From Lama guanicoe (lineage: Eukaryota): 64,000 bases of DNA. The DNA lies in contig MU054187.1 in assembly GCA_013239625.1 (NCBI GenBank), positions 22,199,280 to 22,263,279 on the forward strand. The letters run 5' to 3'. Under the pieces are notes generated by a model, which saw only the letters and a program-made list of their open reading frames with translations, was not told the DNA's origin and did no database searches. The position numbers were made by a program, and so were the translations under genes. This document shows positions 50,490-62,228 of this stretch, one piece after another. The stretch's first letter is position 1. Every line of letters begins with the position of its first letter.

Positions 50490-50725
50490 GCTAATATCTA
50501 CATGAGAACTCGCACCATGCACTGTGCTGCATAATTTACATATATTACTTAAACCATCCTCACAGCATGCTTACGAGGTAAGCATTATTATTAGTCCCAT
50601 TTTACAGAAGTGGACACTGAGGAGGGAAAAAGGATAAGGAAATTCCAATCACACACAATAGAAAAGACTAGAGTGGATCTCAAGTCTGGTTGATTCAAAA
50701 GCCAGTTTCTAGTCCACCAACTATG
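50490..50725 (-). mobile_element. MIR SINE
   Basis: ATCCTCACAGCA...TTATTAGTCCCATTTTACAGAAGTGGACACTGAGG. Confidence 0.7.
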
Positions 50726-50944
50726 ATCTCCTTTTCTAGAATGTAGTAGAAGGTCCTTCACACACAGCCCAGCTCCCGTATATGTGTGGTGGGGTCCCTG
50801 TGGGGGTGAGCGGCCGTTTCCCCAACTAAGAGGTCCGGGAGCCCCTCCCGTTCCTCAACGCTGCTCCTCCTTTCCTTTCGGTCTGGAACTTTCTCTCCCC
50901 TCCGCCCTCCCTGCTCTTTAGAAGAGAAACTGCCCTGGACGCTT

Positions 50945-51320
50945 GTTACATACAGCGAGGAAGACGGCATTCCAAATTATTGCCATCGAGGTCAAAACTA
51001 CTGCAACAGGGGAGAAGGACTGAACTCAATTGTGGAAAAAGTCAAGAGACTTGTAAGGCTGGAGTGAGTCTGCAGGAAGTCACCAGAGGGCGTTGGAGGG
51101 ACGCTGTCTACGTGACCCGACCCCCGTGTACTGGAAGTTAGACCCCTGCCCTCCCACAGAGACGGGACAATAGGGGCCCCGTCTTTCCTGGTGATTACGT
51201 TTCAAAGGAATGCCAGCCGGGTCCTTGAGAAAGACATTTCTGGGTTGTGGAAGTTTTACCTCTCAAAGGGGCAGAGGGGATGGAGGGAGGTCAGGGGCCT
51301 TCGATCAGAAAGCCTGTCTA
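50945..51320 (-). mobile_element. ERV1 LTR fragment (MER31-like; strand uncertain)
   Basis: GATTACGTTTCAAAGGAATG...GGTCCTTGAGAAAGACATTTCTGGGTTGT resembles a MER31-group motif as I recall it. Confidence 0.55.
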
Positions 51321-51469
51321 AGGTCGCCAGGCCCAGGAAACATGAAGGCTGCCTGGGTCAGCGTTCACCTTGCTCAGCCCGGCCCCAGCCCAGCCCCCAT
51401 CCTGCCCTAGTCCAGCCCCAGTCTTGCCCCAGCCTAAACCTTGGACCCTCGCTTTGCTTGGCGCTTTAC

Positions 51470-51652
51470 CTGCTGAGGCCCCGGGGATGGAACTTGGCTT
51501 GGAAGTGGGCGCCCTGCATCCGGCCAGCCGCCTTGGTCGTCGCCTCCGGCCCAGGTCCTCCGGCCCAGCTGCTTTGGCCTTGACCCTCACCCTGGACGGG
51601 GGCTGGCCGCGGGCGGCTCCAGGACCGCCTTCCTGCAGGCGCCACACCTCAT
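51470..51652 (-). pseudogene. PSKH2: PSKH2 pseudogene exon 1 (coding part)
   Basis: ATG at 51652 reads MRCGACRKAVLEPPAASPRPG* (TGA at 51589-51587). A shifted frame continues EGQGQSSWAGGPGPEATTKAAGRMQGAHFQAKFHPRGLS, compared with human EGQNQ...PGPEAAAQAAQRIQVARFRAKFDPRVLA. Donor CAG|GTAAAG at 51470/51469. Confidence 0.88.
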
Positions 51653-52545
51653 GCCTGCAGCCGGGAGACAGGCCTGCGCTCCCCTGGCGGCTGCCCAGTT
51701 ATCCCCGGACAGAGAGGACGGGACAGAGCCTGCGCCTCACGGGGTCTCCAAGGAAGAATGCACAGCTGATGGTCAGGCCGCCACGATCAGCACTGACTAC
51801 TTATCCATAGTAGATCTGGACATAGTAAAAGCAAAGTGGACTCGAAGGCAAGAGCCTGGGCTTAATGCTCAGTGCCTCAGTTTTCTCATCTGTGAAATGG
51901 GGACATGGGCATATCCAGTTATTTGAATCTGTAAAGGACATCCTCCCTCGAAAAAGTTTGTATGTCTCCTAGGCGGAGCTCACCCATATCCAGATGACAT
52001 GAATGTTAAATGTAATGCTTTTTAAACCCTCTAAGTTTAAAGTATAGCATTCACTGTGCTCTATGGCATTAACTGAGAGCACTAGCCTGTGTCTGGCACT
52101 CCGCTAACCCCTACAGCTGCAAGACATCACCCTCTGGGTGATGCATCTGACACAGAAAAATTCTGGGCAAACCCAGATGTCTAGAGCCCAGCCCGATGCA
52201 CTATGCAAACATGAGGACAGCAAGCTGCGGGGAAAATGCCGCATCGTTTATGATACATAATATTGAGTAACAATATATTGCATTATTAACTGTAATTATT
52301 ACATAGTATATAATCTTGTATTTTATGTATTTCATCCTTGTAGTCATAATTATTTATATATTTAAGTATGTGTGTATATTAAATACTTTATAAATATCAT
52401 TCTAGTGCATATTTCATGTATTGGTTAGCTATCAATATATTGATTACATATAATTACCTTGATACATTTCATACAGATGACATGTGGGGAGTGACATTCA
52501 GGGAGGAGCAGACACGACAAGATCAGGCCCCCCCCTGGCAAGTTG

Positions 52546-52882
52546 CGTCACCGGGAAACAAAATAAGAGTCACCTAGGTTCTCAGTCACCCAAAAAAAAA
52601 GATTTTTGACGAGAGACAAAAAAGTGTGATTAGCAAAATTTTTATTAGTGAAAAAAAAATAGTGAAAGATAGTGCACCCCTGGGAACGGGGAGCAGGTCA
52701 ATCCAAGAGAGGAAAAGTGGCGCCGTCCCCTCATTTTTCCTGTTTTTATTTCCTGGTTTCGTGAGTGATGGATTCATTGATTGATTGACTGATTGACAGC
52801 TCAGGCTCCGTGTGCTCTGGATTGCTCCTTTCCCCTTCCTCCCTCACTGCCCAGTGCTTATTTCTATCTAAACTGCCTGACA
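52546..52882 (-). mobile_element. Short or internally deleted ERV LTR
   Basis: Minus strand starts TGTCAGGCAG; AATAAA on minus at about 52641-52646; near-TSD GTTG/GTTA; layout resembles the 44384 LTR. Confidence 0.6.
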
Positions 52883-55403
52883 GTTATGGATCCAGAACTG
52901 GAGGTCAAGTCTCCCAACTTCCAGCCTACTGCTCTTTCAATGGGCCTTTCCTTTCTAATTTCATTTAACTTTTAGTCTGGCTTAACGGAGAGCATCTGTG
53001 TGCAGTCCATTTGTCATGGATTTGCCCAGTAGAACTGTACTTTGAAGGAAATTTTAAAATATAACTTGGGGTGTAGCCAAGAGAAAAATGAACCCATCCA
53101 GGAAAAGGCATTTAACTACCAATAATACAGACTGTTCATGACGAAGAGCCCTCAGAAAGCTCCGAGTACCAGGAAACAGAAGGTTGGTTGTAAGCAGGTG
53201 AACGTCTTGTGCTTTCGTGTCTCAAGCTCACGAACGAATTCACAGAAAAGGAAAAATAAACAGAATGGAAAAGAGAAGAAAAGGGAGCAGATGGAGAGAA
53301 GTGAATCATTCAGGTGCCGCGCAGGGAGCAGCCGTGGAGGGCGGTGTGGATGCGAGCGGCCCAGCGGATGGGTAGCATCCTCCGTGAATCCCGGCCCCGG
53401 GCAGGGGTGACAGCCCCCTGCCGTCCCGTGGCGCAGGCCCTCAGCGTGTGCCCCCCACCCCACGCTGGGAGAGCTTTGTCAAGGGCCTCCTGCTAAGCCT
53501 GAACCCAACCAGGTTCCCTGAAAATTGGCTAAGACAGTCCCTGGTTTTTAACCCCTGTAAAATACAGAAGACGGTCATTAGAAACCACTACTTCGTTCTC
53601 CTTTGGAAAGCGCAACCTGTTACCTGGAAGTGTTGTTGACCGTATAAATCCCCTGACTGGAGACAAAACTTAACTACTTACGCATTCAAAGCTGTTACTT
53701 TTAAGGGCTTTCCCCCAAGCTTTGAAATGTTAGCATGTTAACAACACATCACGAATGTGTTCTTTCAGCCTAACAAACCCATCGGAAAGGATCACTTCCC
53801 ATGGGGCGTGGTGTCCCACTGCAGTCCCCGGTGTGTATTTCTCTTCATTGTGTATAATTTTTCATTGTTCTGGAGACGACTCAAACAGTGTTTGGGACCA
53901 CATGCTATTTACATGTTAATTAACTAGTTTATAGTTATTTAAATTACATATTGTAACCTAATTGAAGTAATAGGGTTGTTCAAATACATTTTAGACTTAA
54001 GGCCGGTTTTACAAATGAACTTTTATTTTTATGTCCATGTGCTTAGTGCTTATAAATGGCTTTCTGTAACACACCAGTTGAATAAATGAAAAAAGGTGTT
54101 TAACATCTGGTTCTGCACTAAACTTTACTCCAGCGGTGTTTTACTGAAGAGCATTAAATAAACTGAACCTCCAGCTTCTAAAGAAAAAGCAATCTTATCT
54201 CATCCTCATCTTCCATCCATTGCCCCAAAGTCACAAATTCTTATTAAACAATCAGTCATAACGTTCGTAACAATACGTAACACACTGCTCTGTCACTCAG
54301 GGCCGGGTTCCCTCCTATACCCAGTTTTTAAAAAGCAGAGTTAGAAGGGAGCACTGAGTCCTGGGCAATAGAGATTCTGAACCCGTAGACCTTTCCCAGA
54401 ATAACACTCTGGCTTCTAGTTCACAAACTGATTTAATTAAGTAACTTGCTTTGTGAAAGATACCTTCCACAAATTATAATCCAACCCCTAAAGAATTTTG
54501 CACTGAAAGGATTTAAAAAATTATGCCAAATCAATAGCTCAAAGACTTACAATGCCATTTAGGGAAATCTCACTTCTTTTCTACATGAACAATATTGGCG
54601 CAAAACACGAAAAATAAAATTATACACTTTTTGTATCCTAGTCCATCTCAGTCTTTAATACATGTCAGTAAAAGAAAGAGGACAAAACAAGAAATGAAGG
54701 GTGTCCCAAGGAGTTATATACTGGGAAGCCCGACAATTCTATACCTTCCTCTACAGCTTAAGAATAAAAAGATAAAACTGAAAGTCATGGTTAACAGATA
54801 AAATGAATTCGCTTCATTTAGAATGAGTTCCTCTTCGAATAGCTGCAGTTGTCTTGTTTTTCAAGTTTTCCTTCTCTTTAGAGCCTCCTTACTGGGATGA
54901 ATTCTTGCTGGAGTGATCTCATGTCTGAAACATCAGTTTGAAGGTGTTTATTGACTTCCTTTCCCCCAAAGTGCAGGGTTTGTGTTTGTCATGACAACTA
55001 GTGTGGGGCTTTTTCAAACCAATTTCACATACAAAGCAAAACGTGGAACCAACAGCCCAAAGCTGCAGTCTGAGCTTTCTTCCCAGAAACCAATAATAAA
55101 GAGCCTCTGAGTAGGATGCCTTTGTGTGAAATTCAGGGATGGGGGAAACCTTCCTGCTGTCCTTGGTAGGCTGCTTCTCATTATCCCCCCAAAAACAAAA
55201 AACTGTGATAATTCAGACAAATTAGTAAGCAATTTTCAATTACCAAAGAGGTCCTGTCTCTGCTACTACAGTAGTGAATCACTTCCACTAACTTGCATGG
55301 CTCTCCATTTAGCATTGGAAAAAAAAGAGCATTTAGTTTTTGTTGAATGTCAAGTTTTACAAGTTATTTATCTTATAATTATTAAAGAAGAAGATAGCAT
55401 TGG

Positions 55404-55940
55404 TGGGACAGAAAGGAAGGAGGCGGGGCAGAACCATTCAAAGAATGACACCGCAATTAGCACCAAGATGGCGGAGAATTCAATTCCCAGTAGACTCTGA
55501 GGTCCAAGACGGCAGGAGATTTGACTTCCAGTAGACATTGAGCCTCATTTTATGTCTACTGTAACATATTAGTGTGGTCAATGGCACTCCCACAGGCTCC
55601 ATGACGGTTCCAAGGCTGACTGTAAAAGGTCAAATAGAGGGCACTTGCCCAATTTCTGGGAATCCCAGTCCCTTCCCACTTGCTAGCATATGAAGTTACC
55701 GAGCCCATGAAAACTAGCAACACCACGCCTCGGCCTCTTGCTCCCTCACCTTCACAGACGGCCTGCACTCAGCCCATGGAGTGTGTATCTCTCTGAATAG
55801 ATCTACCTTCACCGTATCATTGCTCACTCTTGAATTCTTTCCTGTGTGAAGCCAAGGACCCTCACTCGACAAGGTGCGCCCCAAGGGACTCAGCCGAGAC
55901 CCGGGACACGGCCATCCTCTCGCACCCCATTTCCCTGTCA
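55404..55940 (+). mobile_element. ERV1-class solo LTR
   Basis: TG...CA termini, near-TSD TTGG/TTAG; collinear with 63159-63753. Confidence 0.85.
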
Positions 55941-56469
55941 TTAGTGTATAGTAGTAAATGGCAGGTAAGCTCTCTGCTGTGAAGTAGAAGCACACATTTG
56001 CCTTTTTTTTAATAGTAATGAATCAAAGAAGCCAACAGCCAACCCGTGAGTGAAGTCTCCCTATCAGTGTATAAATTAAAGAAACAAGCTACAGTAAGAG
56101 AGTTCTTCTGTGATATTTTAGCTAATTTGCCTAAAGCAATTCTGCTATCTCAAGTTGACAGTTTGCATCCAAAGCCTTTTAAAAATGGTGATTAGAAATA
56201 GGTTTATTACAGGGAAAAATATTTACAATATATTTCTGGATGGGAAAAAAAAAAACCCACAAAGCTATATAGTGTGATTTCATTCGTAAACTCAATAAAA
56301 AGATAAATTCCCACGGTGAGGAAGGAGGCATCCAGCCAGCAAACAAACAGCAAGGAACCAAGGCCTGCTGACAACCGTATAGGAGTGAACTTGCGAGCAG
56401 ATTCTCCGACCCTCGCTGAGCATTGAGATGAGTACAGCCCCAGACCACAGCTTGGCTGCCACCTCGGGA

Positions 56470-56695
56470 GAGCTTGGCTCTGAAAGTAGACTTTCCAGGT
56501 TCAAGTCCTTTTTAACACGCTTACCAGCACTATGACCTTAGGAAAGTTACCTAACCTCTCCGTGCCCCAAGTCCTCTTACCTATGAATCTGAAATAAGAA
56601 CAGCACAAATGTCATAAGGCGGTTGTGAATAACTTCATTCATGTAAAGCACTTAGTACCTGGAATATTATAAATGCTCAGTAAATATCATTATTG
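56470..56695 (+). mobile_element. MIR SINE
   Basis: GGTTCAAGTCC...TGACCTTAGGAAAGTTACCTAACCTCTCCGTGCC...ATGTAAAGCACTTAG. Confidence 0.8.
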
Positions 56696-57077
56696 TGATA
56701 TCTTATATATAGCAATTGCAAATTATACTAAAAACTAACATAAGTGAATGGTTTTAAGGCGTTGTATTAGTTATCTAGTGTTCCATAACAAATCTCCCCC
56801 GAATTTAGCAGCTTTCAAACAACGAAGGCAGCTGAGAAGTGTCCCCTGTCTCTCAGGAATAGGTCTCCCTGGGCAGGCCCACCACACTTAGGCACCAGGG
56901 AGGCTATGCCTGCAAAAACGCAGAGATAGATTTCAAGGCACGGTTGGCCGGGCCCTCTGTCGGTGATCTCCTTATAGGAAAAGGTTCTCAAGGTACAGTT
57001 CTCAATGCTGCCAAAGATAATCAAGTATCAAGACAATTGTTATGCAAAGAAAACTGTATTTGAATACCCAGATGACC

Positions 57078-57361
57078 TTTTTTTTTTGCATTTTTTTTAA
57101 ATTGAAAGTATAGTCATTTACAATGTGTTGGTTTCTGGTGTACAGCATGTTTCAGTCATACATATACATACATATGTTCCTTTTTATATTCTCTTCTATT
57201 ATAGGTTACTGCAAGATACTGAATATAGTTCCTATGCGTTACAGTGGAAACTTGTTGTTCATCTGTTTTACATACAGTAGCTAATATCTACGAATTTCAA
57301 ACTCCCAAAGTATCCCTTTCCACTCCCTTCACTCCCTGGTAACCATAAGGTTGTTCTCTAT
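57078..57361 (-). mobile_element. Lineage-specific L1 3' end
   Basis: Poly-T then ATTGAAAGTATAGTCATTTACAATG...CCTGGTAACCATAAG. Confidence 0.85.
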
Positions 57362-58361
57362 TAGACAAACTATTTTTTAAATGAGTTTTTTTAACAAGCA
57401 AAAATCAAAACTTTTATTCCAAGAATGTCTGCACAGTTTTCATAAACATTTCAAAAACCAGTGGCTTAGAGACCAATTTCTAACTTAAATAAATCAACCT
57501 TTCTTAACTATTTCCTAAAAAAGGCCCTGGATTTCCCTGCTGCAAAGTTTAATTCAAACAAGGCTCCAGAAGAAGTTAACAGAAAAAAAAAAGAACCTTG
57601 GTTCTTGATTGACTTGTGGTTTCAAGCCATTTCCACAACACAGATGAGAGATTCTTCTCATAATCTGTTATTCCCACACAAGACTCTCTCTCCAGGGAAA
57701 TAACTTTCTCTTCCTAGGACACCATCAGCTGCCTCCTTGGCAAAGTTTTTCTCTCCGACTGTGAGTCTGTGACCAATTTTCTCTTTCCAGCATTTTGGGA
57801 AAACCTGCTGTGGACTGAAATTGGAGGTCACGGTTTCCTTCCAAACATTAGTCTCAGAATGTAGGACACAGCCCTCCGCCCGAGAGGAGCCTATGGCCAA
57901 GATGCAAAAGCTTTCAAGACCTAATCTCGTCCCCTGTCATCAACTCCTCTAGCGTCCAAATTTGTCAGGTGCCCTTTGGCTTCAGGAATAGCAGAGAATG
58001 TTTAAATCCAGATTTATTCCTCCACTATGTGAAGTTTTTAATCTCTGAAATCCTGTTTTGTTTCATTTTGGTTTTTTTTTAAGACATTGCTTCTTGGTTT
58101 ATTTACTTCAATTTCCATTTGCATGCTGGGTGCTTTAATAAAATACTAAATTTCAGGCTGGGAAGGGATGAGCTCTTAAGTTATTAAATTATTATCATTG
58201 GTTTGTCCCTATATGTTTGTGCCTTTTAGAATACTGAATATATAACCATCAGCTGAAAAAATAGCTCAGATGAGGAATCTAATAAACACCCAGAGTTTAA
58301 AAGCATTCATCAATTTGTTATTTTCAGTCGCATTTTCCTCTTGCTTGATCCCAGGCATGAC

Positions 58362-58540
58362 CAACGGTTCTCAAATTTTAATGTGCATAAAAATAACTCG
58401 GGGAGCTAGTTAGAAATGTGAATTCCAGGACACCATCCCCCAAATTTCAGATGCACGGAGCCTGGGAAGAAGCTCAAGAATCTGCATTTTTAACAAACCA
58501 ATGCAAAATGGTCTATAAACCACAATTTGAAAATATTGTT
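58362..58540. mobile_element. MER5-like hAT DNA transposon
   Basis: CGGTTCTCAAATTTTAATGTGCATA...AAGAATCTGCATTTTTAACAA...CCACAATTTGAAAATATTG. Confidence 0.7.
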
Positions 58541-58694
58541 TTAGACATTCAGATCTCAAAGTCATACATTTAAACCGAAGAATCATAACCACATTCAGTG
58601 TTATTACTCACACATGGCAAAACTGGCCACAGTAAATTTGTAAACCCCACCCAAATGCCATCACCTCCAGGGAAACAGGGATAAGAAAACACCC

Positions 58695-58776
58695 AGAGAG
58701 GGAGAGAGAGAGAGAGAGAGACAGAGAGACAGACAGAGACAGAGACAGAGACAGAGAGTAGGAGAGAGAGAGAGAA
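58695..58776. repeat. (GA)n/(GAGACA)n microsatellite
   Basis: Read directly from the sequence. Confidence 0.9.
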
Positions 58777-61043
58777 AGTGGTGGGCAAGCTCTGAATGGC
58801 TTAGACCAGTACAGAAGCATCAGTTACCGATTCCTGCAAAAAAGTTGCTTTACCAACCCTCCTGTTACGTTTAGTTTCATTGTTTTCCAATTTCAGATGT
58901 AATAGTTGCTAAGTGCAATATTTTTGAAAACAGCAAAAAAGAAAGCTAGCCATTAAAAATAACTTAAACTTATGAATGTATATAAATGTCATCGTTTCCA
59001 TTAATTATATATTTTTATTTCCAAAAAATATCATGATGTATAGAATGCAATGTAACTTTTTTTCCACCCATCAGTATCCTTATATCCCCCACCCCCCGCC
59101 AAAATTTCTAGAGGACGGTTTTAAATGACTGACTAGCATTCCATCATGTAGATAATCCACAATTTGATTATTTCTTTGTTGTTGAATTAGTTCCGCTGTG
59201 GTGGACACCACTATCCCCTTCGACACATAGATACTTTAAGTGTATGTGTTGAAGTCTTTTAATTTTTCCCTTTATTTCTGCGCTTTGCATCGTACTGAGA
59301 AAGGCCTCCTGCGCTGGATCCATTCGGATGTTGAAATGCACTGTGTAGCCAGCCTCTCTAACTTTCCATCAAGCACTGTCTCATCCGCTAGTCACCAGGC
59401 AGGTGCAAGCTCACCAAAGCAAATTATATCCCAGAGTTCAAGCGTCGCTAGACCTGCTCTCATTGCTTGAGAAGTGAAGCAGGGGAAAGTGTTGGCCTTA
59501 CTCTCCTCAAGTACGTCCCAACTCACCCAAATCATTCTAACCACCTACCTTTTGTGGCTTTGCAACTCATTGGCTCTTTCTCATTGGCTCTATTTACCCC
59601 TCTAGACCCGTGAGACCCCATGTTGTGTGTTATTCAGTAGTCTGCCGTCTAGTGGTGGAAATGGAGAAGTACAGGTTTTTCTCTCTATGGAATAGTCCCA
59701 TTTCAGAACTTAGCTCTAAAGTCATTTGAGAAATAACTCCATATTTGTATAAAATTATGGATAGTTTCTAAATCTCCTTTTAAATAGTAGAATAACTTAT
59801 AAACCAAGATTCAGAATATCTTTGTTTTATCTCCGATTCTGCCATTTGTGATGTAAGTAAAAATAAAAAAAAACTCCATACATTTTTAAAATTTGAGTTT
59901 CCCTTTCTTTAAGGTAAGAGGGCAGTTTTGATGTTCCTAAATTCTCTCTAATTCCCTATATGTTTTATAATTCTATTATATGCGGCATTTAGAGCCCTCT
60001 TACATCAAGAAATTTCTTTTCCAGTATAAAGAAAGATAATTTAAATTATGTAAAAAGCCATTTTTGTAACAACTTTTAAGAGAATTTGGCAAACAAAAAA
60101 AAGTCATTTAAAAAAAAAGCCCTGTATCTTGCAGAAACATATCTAGCTGGTTGGAATTCCATGCAAGCATGTCTTTCTTTACTAGGAAACAGATATTTCT
60201 AGTTCTCGGAGATATCTGGAAATTTAATGATTAGCCACAAAAAGCCATGAGGTCCTCCCTATTTCTTCAGTTGGTATGACATTTTATCAAATTATCTCTG
60301 ATAATATCCCTTCTTACTCTAAGATTATAAGGTTCATATGTATAAACCCTTTTCTGATTATAAATCTTTCTTCTGTGACATTTTAATAATGCAAATATAA
60401 TGTGTAATAATAACCTTTATAAAAGTGTAAATTAATGACATTTCTATCTCATAATTCATTTTTCTTAGTTCTTATTTTCTTCTAGAAATAGTGCTCTCAG
60501 CATAACAGTGCTATTTATTATTCCCACTGGTGAATTTTCCATCATTGGTTCATGTGATTACCAAACAAACCTACTGCTGTAGCAACACGGGTCCTGGGAT
60601 CACCGCCATCAAGACAAAAAAAATTAAAAATAGGAACTATTTGGAGGGAGAAGAGAACATTGTAAGGCTATTACATTTTAAAATACATGTGAATTCAAAA
60701 TTGTAAAATTTTTTAAAGTGAAAAATGAATATTTATACAATACTGTGATATATGAATTTTATAACTTTTTAAAAAATAATTAATGTTATAGATCAGAATT
60801 TCTCAAATAATATTCTAAAGAAGACTACTTCTTCAGGTTGTTAAAGACATTAATTGCGCAAACAAAGGAAGCCATTGCCTGGGCAGTTGTTTAGAAAACG
60901 CTGTTTTAATGTTAAGCCACTTTATCACCAAAGGATTTCTCAGAGAATTCAATGAGTTATTACGCATTTTGATTGGCCAAGACGGGATAACCTTTCTAAC
61001 CGTTCACCGTTTTCTTTACCTCACAGAACATCTCTCAAGAAAC

Positions 61044-61510
61044 TGTCCCCTTGAAGGAAAAAAAAAAAATACACAACTTAGGAGCAGTGAGTTTCAGTTT
61101 TATTCGGGGACCTTACTGAGGACTATAGGCTGGGGACAGCCTCTCAGAAGGCTCTGAGGACCTGTTCCAAGGGGTAGGGAAGGAACCAGTACATACATGA
61201 ATTTTTGGCGGGGGAAGACTACATAGTCAAGCATACATCTTGATAAAAGATTACTACTCATCACAAAGAAAAAATGTTTTAAGTCAATGAGTGTAGTGCT
61301 TTTCTATGTCTGGGAAAAGGCAAGAATCTGGGGTCATTGAAATTCTTCCTAAAATATGCACCTTAACTATCTAAGGACTTAATCCAAAACACAGAATGTT
61401 ACAGCTTGTTTTTTCCATCCTGAAGTTCCTGAATTCAGAGATACTGCTGGTGGGCGACTACAGTGGGTTGTGACTCACCCCTCTGGGGAACTTTGCTCTT
61501 TTTGTTTACA
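61044..61510 (-). mobile_element. ERV LTR (approximate ends)
   Basis: TTTATT at about 61098 (AATAAA on minus); minus strand starts TGTAAACA; LTR-like layout, no clean TSD. Confidence 0.6.
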
Positions 61511-61792
61511 AGAGCAAGTCCTTGAAACAAGAGAAGTTGCAGTGAACATGTAGGATAAGTGGAACCAGGCTGTGAAAGAACAGAAGCAAAGGTGAAAAAT
61601 CATTTGCCGTTTCGGAGGAAGAGAAGAAGGATTCGCATTATGATGAAGACCAGGGATGGTTTGGGAAGCAGAGTAAGACACAGGGAGGGGTAGAACGCCT
61701 TGCTCCTTGGTGAGAGGTCTAAAAACATCCATGCAAACCACCAGAAGTCACTTGTTTAAACTTCAATGTGACTTTTTTTTTAACTGAAAAAG

Positions 61793-62228
61793 TGTACAGG
61801 TAATGCATGTTAAAGAGATGTCACTCATGCAAAAGCTCAAGATACCAAACCTAGATTTAATGCCTAACCTAACTGTGGTTCCAGCCTTCCTCAGAAATGT
61901 AATCTGAATCAAGCAGTTGGGGTTTTCTGGTCAGCACGTGGGCCCTATCCGCACACACCCCCACCCCAGAGGAAGGAGAGGCAATCTGTATGATAAAACC
62001 CTTGCGTCCCTTCCCTCCAAAAGGAAGATGTTTTGCCCCAAATAATCCTTTCTTTTCTCGTATTAATGACTTCCTTGTCCCACCATCCTTTCCATAAAAC
62101 CCTACTGTCTTGTACCGCTTCTGGGAGCCCCCTTCAGGCTGCTGGATGGGATGCTTCCAGGTTCATGAATTGTTGAATGAAACCAATTATACCTTCAGAG
62201 TTACTCAGCTGAATCGCGTTTTCTGACA
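61793..62228 (+). mobile_element. ERV1 LTR (MER34/MER39-like 3' end)
   Basis: TTCATGAATTGTTGAATGAAACCAATTA...TTACTCAGCTGAAT...TTTTCTGACA terminus. Confidence 0.6.

Larger units (their letters stand above)
39605..51652 (-). pseudogene. PSKH2: PSKH2 (protein serine kinase H2) unprocessed, probably unitary, pseudogene with 3 exons
   Basis: Manual translation of three collinear minus-strand segments matches human PSKH2 as I recall it, from the N-terminus (MRCGACRK vs MGCGASRK) through the kinase domain to the C-terminus (ESPLSSL vs ESPLSALL). The two introns (51469-47376, 46715-39895) are GT-AG. Multiple frameshifts and stops are present. Confidence 0.95.
50770..51790. promoter_or_regulatory. 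GC/CpG-rich region over PSKH2 exon 1 (CpG-island-like promoter remnant)
   Basis: Visibly high GC and many CpGs, especially 51360-51790, against an AT-rich, CpG-poor background; coincides with the first exon. Confidence 0.65.

Noticed and set aside
51191..51926. Overlapping plus-strand ORFs of 91-146 aa
   Set aside because: They are expected from stop-codon scarcity in GC-rich DNA antisense to PSKH2 exon 1, and I recognise no protein in them.
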